This document shows positions 54,442 through 63,515 of a DNA stretch of 64,000 nt, piece by piece (positions within the stretch are counted from its first letter, which is position 1; each line of letters begins with the position of its first letter). The translations under genes were made by a program, and so were the position numbers. The stretch is from Bacteroidales bacterium (lineage in GTDB: Bacteria > Bacteroidota > Bacteroidia > Bacteroidales > P3): the NCBI GenBank assembly GCA_024400565.1, contig JAKSMQ010000005.1, positions 651 through 64,650 on the forward strand, in the 5' to 3' direction. The notes below the pieces were generated by a model. It was not told the DNA's origin. It was given only the letters and a program-made list of their open reading frames with translations, and did not search any database.

Positions 54442-56010
54442 ATGAATACAAATAAATATATATACATGATAGCCGCAGCCATGATGCTGCTCTGTTCCTG
54501 TATCAGGGAGGAGGAGGAAAATTCCACTCCCGGCTGGATTGACGAAGAGACATACGCAGGTGGTCGTTTAGGCACTACCTTCAACTTCTCTGCCTCTGCC
54601 TATCAGGATCCCTCGCCTGCTGTGGCCAATGCAGGCATGGTGAGCCAGTTCAAATACGGCGAGTATTTTTTTGACCGCACCATCACCCAGAACAATGCAC
54701 CCTTCAACGGCCTGGGTCCTCTTTATATCCGCTCCAGCTGTGTGGCCTGTCATCCTGGCTACGGCCATGGAAAGCGCATGGAACGCTACCGCGCCGACGA
54801 CTGGGGCAACGGATATCTGCTGGTGATTACGGACCAGAACGACACCTATCTTTCCAGCCTCACAGGTATGCCTCAAACCAAGGCTGTAGCCCCCTTCAAA
54901 GCTCCTATCGACGAATCGCAGATACAGATATCCTGGCTGCCCTACACCGACGAATGGGGCAACAGATTTCCTGACGGTGAGCAATATGACCTGATCTATC
55001 CTGAGGTAACCATCCCTGAGCAGGCCTACTATGTACCCCTGCAAGTGGGCGGACAGAATATCCCTTACAGCAATGTCAGGGTTCGTCTGGAATCTACCAT
55101 AGGTGTGTATGGCGTTGGCCTCATCGATGCCATCGACGACGATTCTCTCAAGGCCCAGTATGTCAAGGAGGAAATGGAGGGTGCACGCATCAATCCTGCC
55201 ATCTTTGCCAACGGCGAGTGGGTCAAGACCTACGGTAATACCGGTCATCCACTCCGCTACACCTATGCCCTCTCCCGCGGTCCTCTTCAGGATGCCCCTG
55301 GCAGCAACGCCATCTGGAACATCACCAATGTAACCCGTAGCAACAAGCGTGCACACTATATGACCACCGCCTACGCCACCGTGGCATCGCGCGATCCAGA
55401 GGTACAAGAACAGTTTTATGCCTATTTCCCCGAATGGAACAAAACGAGCAACGTAGAACAGGATATCTACAACTATCTCACCTCTACCGAATTGCCAGTG
55501 GAGATGAGCGATGAGGACTACGTCAACTTCATGGTATGGCATCGCGGATTGGCTGTTCCTGCAGCCCGCAATCTCAGCGACATCACCGTGCAGCGTGGCC
55601 GTCAGGTGTTCCGCGAGATTGGCTGTGCCACCTGTCACCGCCCCTCCTGGACAACTGGAGCTGACCGTTTTACCGATCCTACAGGATTCTTTGCCGATGG
55701 CGACTCTCGTCTGCCTCGCTATCCCTACCAGAAGATATGGCCCTACAGCGACTTTGTTCAGCACAAGCTATGCATGAAGAATGATATCCGCACGGGTTGG
55801 TGCCGCACGACACCTCTGTGGGGCAGAGGCCTCAGCATGATCTGCACTGGAGCATCCGACAGACTGCATGACTGCCGTGCACGTAACACCCTTGAGGCTA
55901 TCATGTGGCATGGTGCTGCTGACTCTGACGCCCGCTGGACAGTGGAGAAATTCCGCAAGTTGAGTAAATCGGACCGCGACGCTGTGGTTAAGTTCATTGA
56001 GTCGATATGA
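54442..56010 (+). CDS. di-heme c-type oxidoreductase (DUF1111 / cytochrome-c-peroxidase-like)
   Basis: Two CxxCH haem-attachment motifs, SSCVACHPG and GCATCHRP. Lipoprotein-like signal ...MMLLCSC. Confidence 0.75.
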   Translation: MNTNKYIYMIAAAMMLLCSCIREEEENSTPGWIDEETYAGGRLGTTFNFSASAYQDPSPAVANAGMVSQFKYGEYFFDRTITQNNAPFNGLGPLYIRSSCVACHPGYGHGKRMERYRADDWGNGYLLVITDQNDTYLSSLTGMPQTKAVAPFKAPIDESQIQISWLPYTDEWGNRFPDGEQYDLIYPEVTIPEQAYYVPLQVGGQNIPYSNVRVRLESTIGVYGVGLIDAIDDDSLKAQYVKEEMEGARINPAIFANGEWVKTYGNTGHPLRYTYALSRGPLQDAPGSNAIWNITNVTRSNKRAHYMTTAYATVASRDPEVQEQFYAYFPEWNKTSNVEQDIYNYLTSTELPVEMSDEDYVNFMVWHRGLAVPAARNLSDITVQRGRQVFREIGCATCHRPSWTTGADRFTDPTGFFADGDSRLPRYPYQKIWPYSDFVQHKLCMKNDIRTGWCRTTPLWGRGLSMICTGASDRLHDCRARNTLEAIMWHGAADSDARWTVEKFRKLSKSDRDAVVKFIESI

Positions 56011-58157
56011 AGAAGCTGTCTATTCTTGTTTTAGTTGTTTCCGTGGTACTGGCAATGGCTGTCGGTACCATGGTGCAACGTCTATATGGTGCTGCCTTTG
56101 CTATAGAGCATGTGTATCATGCGTGGTGGTTTACGGGTATGTGGGTGCTGCTGGCTGTCTTGGGCATTGTTGCCTTGGTTAGGAAGCGCGTCATGAAACG
56201 TCCTGCTGTTATGGGTATCCACCTGGCTTTCCTGTTTATCATGACAGGCATGATTGTCTCCTCGTTTGCTGCTCGGTCGGGCCGTATTGTGCTTGCTCCT
56301 GGCCAGAATGTGTCGACATTTGAGACGGATCATGGCGACAGGGAATTGCCTTTCGGCGTATTGCTGGACCATTTTGAGGTGGTTTACTATCCTGGCACGC
56401 AGTCGCCACAGGATTTTGTGAGTGTCGTTACCTACAACCATGACCAGCAGGATACCATTTCGATGAACCATATTGGTCGCTATGGTGGCTATCACTTCTG
56501 TCAGTCGGGCTACTCTCCCGATGGGGAGGTGATGCTCACGGTGACACACGATCCCTGGGGCACAGGACTCAACTATGCAGGGTACCTAATTCTACTGGTG
56601 AGTATGCTGGGCTTCTTCCTTGACCCTCACAGCCGTTTTCGTCAGCTGGCAAGAGGAGGAATGACGTTGCTGCTGCTGGCAGTCTCGGTGGAGGTTCAGG
56701 CTTTGCCTCGCACGCTACCCTGTGAGAGTGCTGAACGTATGGGCAAGCTATGCGTGAACTATCAGGGTCGCATATGCCCTGTGTCGACCTTGGCGCGTGA
56801 CTTCACGACCAAGCTTTATGGCTCGCCTACATACAAGGGGCTTACGAGCGAACAGGTGCTCTCCGGTTGGATTTACTATTATTCTGACTGGCAACAGGAA
56901 CCTATCATCAAGCTGAAAGGTGGTGAGTCTGTGAAATCCCTGTTTCATACCACTTCTAGATATGTGTCGTTGAACGACTATATTGACAACATGGGGCAAT
57001 ATAGGCTCAAGATGCTTGACACAATGTCTGCTACCGACCCTCGCTACTCTTCTCTGATGGCTGTCAACGAGAAGTATCTGCTTGTGACTATGCTCTATGG
57101 TGGAGAATTGCTCAAGATGTATCCCATTGCTGACAGTATGGGCAACATAGGATGGTATTCTCACAGCGATGCTCTGCCGCTGCAACTGCCGGATGATGAG
57201 TATCTCTTTATCCGCAGAAGTCTCAGCTATAGCCAGGAACTTGTGCTGATGCAGGATTTCGCCTCCTTGGATACATTGCTGGAGAAAACGCTCTCCTATC
57301 AGAAAAATCGTGGTGGACATACCGTCCCTTCAGACGCACGCCTCAAGGCAGAACGGCTCTACAATAGAGTCTCTCCCAGCAAGATTGCATCGGTATGCTG
57401 CATCATGGCAGGTTTGTGCCTGTTTCTCCTGCTGCTCGTCAGAAAGCCCTCTTCCTCAACGGTATTTTCGAAGATCTCTCTGGTACTGATGGCGTTGGAG
57501 GCTCTCTATCTGTTGTTGCTTTTCGTGTTGCGATGGTGTGTGTCGAGGCATGTGCCTCTCAGCAATGGATATGAGACTATGTATTTCCTTGCTCTGAGCT
57601 TGTCTGTGCTGACACTCCTCCTCCATCGTCGCATGCCTGTGGTTCTGGCTGTGGGGCCTCTGCTGACAGGTGTGACCATGATGGTGGCTATGATGGGAAG
57701 TGCCAGCCCTATGGTTACTCAGCTGATGCCTGTATTGCATTCTCCTTTGCTCTGCATTCATGTGGCTACTATCATGCTTTCTTATGCCCTGCTGGCTTTG
57801 ATGGCCATTCTTGCCATAGCAGCGCTGTTCTTCATGGATGCCACAGGACAGGAGCGTATGGCCTGTACCTGTCAGATTGTTGTCTATCCTGCATTGTTTC
57901 TGCTCACGGCGGGCATATTCATTGGTGCTGTGTGGGCCAACCAGTCATGGGGTATCTATTGGTCGTGGGATCCTAAGGAGGTATGGGCTCTTGTCACGAT
58001 GATGGTCTATTCTGCACTTCTTCACGGTCGTAGCTTGACCTTCATGCAGCGCCCTCGGCCCATCCTCGTCTACTGCATTGTTGCTTTTCTAAGCGTGCTT
58101 ATCACCTACTTCGGTGTCAATTTTTTCCTGGGTGGCATGCATTCCTATGCGAGATAA
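56007..58157 (+). CDS. ccsBA: fused ResB/CcsB-CcsA cytochrome c biogenesis (System II) protein
   Basis: Polytopic membrane protein whose C-terminal Trp-rich WWD-type motif is WANQSWGIYWSWDPKEVWALV. The start overlaps the stop of the di-heme gene (ATGA). Confidence 0.75.
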   Translation: MKKLSILVLVVSVVLAMAVGTMVQRLYGAAFAIEHVYHAWWFTGMWVLLAVLGIVALVRKRVMKRPAVMGIHLAFLFIMTGMIVSSFAARSGRIVLAPGQNVSTFETDHGDRELPFGVLLDHFEVVYYPGTQSPQDFVSVVTYNHDQQDTISMNHIGRYGGYHFCQSGYSPDGEVMLTVTHDPWGTGLNYAGYLILLVSMLGFFLDPHSRFRQLARGGMTLLLLAVSVEVQALPRTLPCESAERMGKLCVNYQGRICPVSTLARDFTTKLYGSPTYKGLTSEQVLSGWIYYYSDWQQEPIIKLKGGESVKSLFHTTSRYVSLNDYIDNMGQYRLKMLDTMSATDPRYSSLMAVNEKYLLVTMLYGGELLKMYPIADSMGNIGWYSHSDALPLQLPDDEYLFIRRSLSYSQELVLMQDFASLDTLLEKTLSYQKNRGGHTVPSDARLKAERLYNRVSPSKIASVCCIMAGLCLFLLLLVRKPSSSTVFSKISLVLMALEALYLLLLFVLRWCVSRHVPLSNGYETMYFLALSLSVLTLLLHRRMPVVLAVGPLLTGVTMMVAMMGSASPMVTQLMPVLHSPLLCIHVATIMLSYALLALMAILAIAALFFMDATGQERMACTCQIVVYPALFLLTAGIFIGAVWANQSWGIYWSWDPKEVWALVTMMVYSALLHGRSLTFMQRPRPILVYCIVAFLSVLITYFGVNFFLGGMHSYAR

Positions 58158-58246
58158 ATAGGTGTGCCTCCCCTTTTATATGTCAAATACTTTATTTACA
58201 ATGATGCAGTATAATAATACTATCTGATAGACTTTCTGTCAGGATA

Positions 58247-58283
58247 CCCAACTCCTTTAAACGCAGGAGTTGGGCTTCTTTGC
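58247..58283 (+). terminator. rho-independent terminator after ccsBA
   Basis: CCCAACTCCT (58247-58256) pairs with AGGAGTTGGG (58265-58274), followed by CTTCTTTGC. Confidence 0.65.
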
Positions 58284-58786
58284 TTGATTGAAAGCGCTCT
58301 AATAAAAATTAATCTCATTTCTGGTGGTCATTCGGTACCTTTCTTCAGGCATTCTTTGTAAATACAAATTTAGACGTCCAAAGAACGAATCAAAATATAT
58401 GTAATATATGAGAACGATTCTTCTCTTCTCGAAAGTCTACAACCAGCTTCCAATATTGCATTTTGCCTGACGAATCCATATCCATACAGTTTCCAAGATT
58501 AGTGTATTATTATTTTTTTTACAAAATTTCCAACCATTTTATTCCAACTCTATCCTAATACATTTCATAGATTGAGCCTACAAGATTTAACTCGTACTGG
58601 TTTATTACGTTTAGAATACATCTGTATTCACTCCATAACTTTTATCCATCATACTAGGATAAAACATTCGTCCGATGATAGATAATGTTGTTGTACCTGT
58701 ACGATGAATAAATGGTGTTAAATACGTGTTTGCGGAATTCTATTATCAACCTTTCTTTATTTACGCAAAAAGAGATAAGATTCTAA

Positions 58787-59950
58787 TTACGAGTGCTCTA
58801 TTGATTGGCTGTGACTTGTGATATATGTGTGTGCTAGAAAAATAAGTGCCAAAAGGACGCCCACTTGATAGGGTGAGGTGGTACCCTTAAGTAATTGGGA
58901 GCAGGGATTGACGATTATAGGGGATAGGAATTGTCCGGCATACAAAGCTGCACTTATCAAAGGCATAATGGTTGTACTTGCGTGTCGGCCGCCTTTGATG
59001 CTGGCAATGGTATTGATATAAGGAACGCCAATACCATTGGCTATGCCCACGAAAAGACATCCAAGTAATAGGCAAATAATTTCCGAGCCGAGGGAAAATG
59101 CTGCATATCCTAATAGAAAACAAAGAGGTGTGAGATATTTAATCCAAGTCTTGCAGAGTTGCATAATAGAACTGAAACAGAGTCCAATAAGTAATGCGAA
59201 AACATCAAGGCCCACCATGAGTAGGGTGATACTATTTGTGGAGAGTCTAGGATTTGATTGCGCCGTGATTGCGAAGTTTGTAGGGAAGATAAAGAAAAGT
59301 ATCATTATCAGACACATAGCTCCTATATATGGATGATATGTTCTGAATAACTGTCGTGCAGAGGCATCGTTAACCTTGGTGGATTTGTCGGTAAGGCTGT
59401 CATTAGGAAGATATTTGGCCACTAGAACTAGTGCAAAAAGACCAAGCAGATAGACAAGGAATGAACTATTCCAACTAATATTGGCTAGGATTCCGGCCAC
59501 TAAGGTGGCCACAATTCCGCCTAGCTGATTCGTGGCAGCGGCTAATCCCATGAGTTGCGATTGTCTTTCTGGTGGGAAATAATAGGTCAAAAGACCTGTG
59601 GAGAGGGGCATGATAATGCCTACACTTATGCCGAGTAATGCGCGGAATATCAAAAGTAAAGCCATGTTGTCAATCCAATATGCACCAACGCCTGCAACTA
59701 TATATAATAGCAGACCCCCAATGGCCAATGATAGGGATTTTATCCTTCGGCACAACAAAGGGAAAGTCAGGTTGGTGAGAATAATGAACAATGCTGGTAG
59801 CGACACAATGAATTGAACAGTCAAGGAGTTGTAGCTATCAAAATGTTGACGGATAACGCCCAATGCTGGGGCCATTGCAGCACCGGCCATTACGGTCAAT
59901 AGCGACATTGACAGAATAGAAATAGTCAATTTTTTAGTTACTTTTTTCAT
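58787..59950 (-). CDS. MFS transporter
   Basis: 387 aa with about 12 hydrophobic helices. AT-rich relative to its neighbours. Confidence 0.75.
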   Translation of the reverse strand: MKKVTKKLTISILSMSLLTVMAGAAMAPALGVIRQHFDSYNSLTVQFIVSLPALFIILTNLTFPLLCRRIKSLSLAIGGLLLYIVAGVGAYWIDNMALLLIFRALLGISVGIIMPLSTGLLTYYFPPERQSQLMGLAAATNQLGGIVATLVAGILANISWNSSFLVYLLGLFALVLVAKYLPNDSLTDKSTKVNDASARQLFRTYHPYIGAMCLIMILFFIFPTNFAITAQSNPRLSTNSITLLMVGLDVFALLIGLCFSSIMQLCKTWIKYLTPLCFLLGYAAFSLGSEIICLLLGCLFVGIANGIGVPYINTIASIKGGRHASTTIMPLISAALYAGQFLSPIIVNPCSQLLKGTTSPYQVGVLLALIFLAHTYITSHSQSIEHS

Positions 59951-60125
59951 GATTCATATATAAGTTAAATAGTCAATTATCAGACCTATGTCGGAAAATG
60001 AAAGTAATACCAATCTGAAAGTCTTTCAATTTCAGAAATCTTGGCACTTACAAATAAATCTTGGAAGGTTCACTAAACTGAAAATCAATCTACAATTTAG
60101 ATTTCAGCGCTACAATTTCGGTATG

Positions 60126-60133
60126 CAAAGATA
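60126..60133 (-). promoter_or_regulatory. candidate -7 box (TATCTTTG) for the MFS gene
   Basis: The reverse complement of CAAAGATA matches TAnnTTTG, about 175 nt upstream of the ATG at 59950. Confidence 0.4.
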
Positions 60134-60194
60134 CAAAAATAAAATCGAAGGCTACAATTTTTTTTTGTTTTTCTCGCAGACGTGGAAACAAAAA

Positions 60195-60223
60195 AGGAGG
60201 AAACCTGTTGTTGGTTTCCTCCT
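60195..60223 (-). terminator. strong hairpin terminator after the envelope operon
   Basis: AGGAGGAAACC (60195-60205) pairs with GGTTTCCTCCT (60213-60223). On the minus strand the stem is followed by TTTTTGTTTCC. It lies about 20 nt after the stop at 60245. Confidence 0.75.
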
Positions 60224-60244
60224 TTGTATGTATAATCCTAAGGT

Positions 60245-60637
60245 TTATCGGAGTGTCTTCTCGTCGAAGATATTCTCGTCTTCGTCTACGCTTATCAGCG
60301 ATACCTCGGGCAGGTTGTTGTTGTAGACTATTAGACAGTTGAGAGCGGAGAAGTCCTTATACTCGTAGGCTACGCCATAGATGGTCTCTCCGTCCTTGAG
60401 GCGGCGGGTGGCCTGATATCCCATAACGGCATTCTGATATCGGGTTCCGTTGATGGTAATGGTGTCGCCATAGCCTTCGGGTTTCTCAAAGTCGATAATG
60501 TAACCGATGATGCGACTGGAACACATCTCTGCGCCTACTACTTTGCCCTTGAACTTGAACTCTTCGTAGTTGCGTTTGCATGCGCTCAGTCCCATAAGGG
60601 CCAGACTCAGGAGTGCGAAGACGATGGATTTCTTCAT
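60245..60637 (-). CDS. hypothetical small lipoprotein
   Basis: Lipoprotein signal MKKSIVFALLSLALMGLSACKRN. Starts 3 nt downstream of the barrel gene. Confidence 0.55.
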   Translation of the reverse strand: MKKSIVFALLSLALMGLSACKRNYEEFKFKGKVVGAEMCSSRIIGYIIDFEKPEGYGDTITINGTRYQNAVMGYQATRRLKDGETIYGVAYEYKDFSALNCLIVYNNNLPEVSLISVDEDENIFDEKTLR

Positions 60638-60640
60638 AGA

Positions 60641-62056
60641 TTATTTGCTCGTGTTGGAGAGTAGGAGATTGAGACCTAAGCTTACGTTGAAGGATTTGGC
60701 TTCAACCAGACGGAGGTTGGAGATGTAGTCCATCATGCCATAGATCTGGATGGCGCGACCCAGCGATACGCTAACGCCGAGACCGGGGTTGAACCAGTTT
60801 ACCTTGTGGCCGTCGTCAACAACGGAGAAGGACGCAAGAATCTCTACCCAGTCGGCAATATTCATTTCTCCTACGATAGAGGTTGAACTGTGGAAACTGT
60901 TGTTACGGATGGCCTGGTTGGCAGCATCGAGGTTTTCGATGGTATGATCAAACTCGCCATGGAAGAGGGCTCCGGCACGGAAGCGTCCAAGTTTTACCAT
61001 TCCGCTGAGATTGAACTTGGTGGGGATATGGGTCTTGTAGCTTTCGCCTTCCAGATAGCTGGGAGTTACGATGTTCATGATGGTGTCGGTGATGTTGTTG
61101 AACATGGAGGTGTCCATGCTGCCGTTCTGGATGAGGCCGGTAAGGTCGAGACCGGTAAAGGAGAAGCTTCCTTCGCCGTTGGAGGGAACGATGTTCTTGA
61201 CATTCTCAGACCAGGTGATGGTGGATGCTATATCGTTAATAGAAGCGGAGATGTCGAACATGTCGTTCTCGAAGCGTGCTCCCAGGTCGAATCCAACGCC
61301 GTAGTTGTTGGGGATATAGTTGCTGATGCTGAAATTGTTGTTGCTGTCGATAGCTATGCAACCTGCAGAGCGGAGCTGATAGTTGATGTCGGCACGCAGC
61401 TCGTCGGCTCCTGTGGAGGTGTAGAGACGGAGCATGGTGTTGACGGTAGACATATTAAAGTATCCGTCCATTATCTTGAAACGGGCTCCAACGGTGAGGT
61501 TGTCGGTAAGGCGCAGACCTGCAGCTACTCCGGCTTCAGCATAGAGGGTGGCGTCGAGGAGGTTTCCGTCGAGCAGATAGAGCTCGTTGCCGGCACCACG
61601 GAAGGGCACATTTCCCTGGTTGAGGAAGGTGGAGAGACCTACGGGGATTCCGATTGAGGAGTTGAGCTTGACACCTACATTGGCGGTAAGGAAGAACTTG
61701 CCCAGGTCGAGACCTACGCCAGCTACAGGCACATCTAGGTCGAACGCCAGGTTGCCATTGGCTCCCAGGGTGTCGAGAAGATGGTTCATGTTGATGAAAG
61801 CTGCGGTGTCGCCCTGCTGATATTCAAAGATATTATTGAATGAGAGTGGGCTCTGGAAATTGATGTTGACACCGGGCAGCGCGAGGTAGAATCGGTTGCG
61901 CGAGGGGTAAAGGGCGGGGTTGGCCAGATTGCTCTGGGGCATACGGGTTGCAGAATAGATAAGGTTGCTGTTCTGTGCCTGAGCCTGGGGTGCTATAAAG
62001 AAGCTGCCTGCCATCATGGCAAGACCTGCTATCAGGGTTGTTAGTTTGCGTTTCAT
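60641..62056 (-). CDS. hypothetical outer-membrane beta-barrel protein
   Basis: Signal peptide ...FFIAPQAQAQ. Gly/Asn/Leu-rich alternating strands throughout. Confidence 0.55.
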   Translation of the reverse strand: MKRKLTTLIAGLAMMAGSFFIAPQAQAQNSNLIYSATRMPQSNLANPALYPSRNRFYLALPGVNINFQSPLSFNNIFEYQQGDTAAFINMNHLLDTLGANGNLAFDLDVPVAGVGLDLGKFFLTANVGVKLNSSIGIPVGLSTFLNQGNVPFRGAGNELYLLDGNLLDATLYAEAGVAAGLRLTDNLTVGARFKIMDGYFNMSTVNTMLRLYTSTGADELRADINYQLRSAGCIAIDSNNNFSISNYIPNNYGVGFDLGARFENDMFDISASINDIASTITWSENVKNIVPSNGEGSFSFTGLDLTGLIQNGSMDTSMFNNITDTIMNIVTPSYLEGESYKTHIPTKFNLSGMVKLGRFRAGALFHGEFDHTIENLDAANQAIRNNSFHSSTSIVGEMNIADWVEILASFSVVDDGHKVNWFNPGLGVSVSLGRAIQIYGMMDYISNLRLVEAKSFNVSLGLNLLLSNTSK

Positions 62057-62068
62057 ATCTCGATCAGG

Positions 62069-63343
62069 TTATTTGTTACTGGTGTTGATGATAGGAATGT
62101 TGATATGGACGTTAGGACGAACCTGAACATATACTCTAACCTTGAGGGCATCGGAGCCGCGTACCGAGCATACGGGATGGGTGGAGCCGGAAGCAGAGGT
62201 GGAGATGGAAGTCTGGATAGAAAGCTTCTTCGATTTCAGGAATGCCTGCATCTTGCTGTTGGTAAGTGGGATGCGGATGGTAGAGGTGGTGGGAGCCGCT
62301 ACGACATTGGTTCCGTTGGCTGCGTCGGGGGCAATCTGTCCGCCCTCGATGGTGACCAGTCCTCCGTCAAAGAGGTCGTAGTGTACATTGGTCAGACTGT
62401 CTACGAAGCTGGCGCCGAGCTTGAAGCTTATGGGCAGGCCGTTTTCCATCTCGAGCACGATGCTGGAGGTATCGATGGTGAGCTCGTCGAGAGTCTGGTT
62501 GCTGAGACCGAGAGCGAGATCTACGTTAGATTCGAGATCTTCGAGAGATACGGAGAGGGGAAAATGGGTTCCGAACATCACGTCTACATCCATCTTATTG
62601 ATCTCGAGAGAGTCGGCGATGAACTGGAACATAGACAGGTCGCTTTCAAATACGCGTCCTGGAACGGCTACATTCATGCGTACGGCATAGGTGAGCTTGG
62701 TGGGCATGCAATTGATAAGCTGGGAGATATCGTCATCGTTGAAGAGTACAACGGTGTCTCCGTTGAGGAAATCGTGGCAGGCAATAGCGCCGTCTTCGGT
62801 CTGGATGGAGAAGTTGCCTCGTTTGCCCAGAGCGTCAAGACGGATGCTGTCGAAGGTGATCTGAAGACCCTGCTCGTTGATGAACTGCTCGGTCTGGGGA
62901 CTGCCGTGAACCTTGACGAAAGCTGAAAGGTCGACGATAATGTTCTGGATGTTTACCTTTTCGAGTTCTCTTACGTTGTTGAAGAGGTCGATAGGCAGCT
63001 CGCCCGAAAGCACGCTGGTGAAGACAGCCATGGAGTCTTCTAGTGCCTTACGCTTGCTGTTGAAGTTGATGGTTGTGCTATAGGACGAGTCGTAGCATAC
63101 CGTTACGAGGTCGTTGGCGGGGTCAATCTGGACATAGGACTGAGCCTGTTTAAACATGTTAAGCAGGTCGTTCACGGTGAGAGTGGCGCCTCCCAGAGGA
63201 ACGCCAAGGTCAGGATTGAAATCGCCCTGCAGATAGATAGGGTGCTTCAGAGCGTCAAAGTCACCTTCCTTGATACAGGAGGTGGTGAGGCCGCAGAAAG
63301 CCAGCAGGAGTGCTGCAACTGCAAATAATCTCATCTTTTTCAT
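62069..63343 (-). CDS. hypothetical lipoprotein
   Basis: Lipoprotein signal MKKMRLFAVAALLLAFCGLTTSC. First gene of a three-gene envelope operon. Confidence 0.55.
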   Translation of the reverse strand: MKKMRLFAVAALLLAFCGLTTSCIKEGDFDALKHPIYLQGDFNPDLGVPLGGATLTVNDLLNMFKQAQSYVQIDPANDLVTVCYDSSYSTTINFNSKRKALEDSMAVFTSVLSGELPIDLFNNVRELEKVNIQNIIVDLSAFVKVHGSPQTEQFINEQGLQITFDSIRLDALGKRGNFSIQTEDGAIACHDFLNGDTVVLFNDDDISQLINCMPTKLTYAVRMNVAVPGRVFESDLSMFQFIADSLEINKMDVDVMFGTHFPLSVSLEDLESNVDLALGLSNQTLDELTIDTSSIVLEMENGLPISFKLGASFVDSLTNVHYDLFDGGLVTIEGGQIAPDAANGTNVVAAPTTSTIRIPLTNSKMQAFLKSKKLSIQTSISTSASGSTHPVCSVRGSDALKVRVYVQVRPNVHINIPIINTSNK

Positions 63344-63515
63344 TTCGTAATGTTATAGGTTAATGCAATTAATTTGCTATTTTGTAATGCTTTGTATTGG
63401 TATTACGGGTTGGAATCATGACTCCATCCGAATGCAAAAGTACGAATATTTATCAAATTCCAAGCGTTTTTTATATAAATATTTCAAGTTATTATAGATA
63501 ATTGGGCCCGGACGG

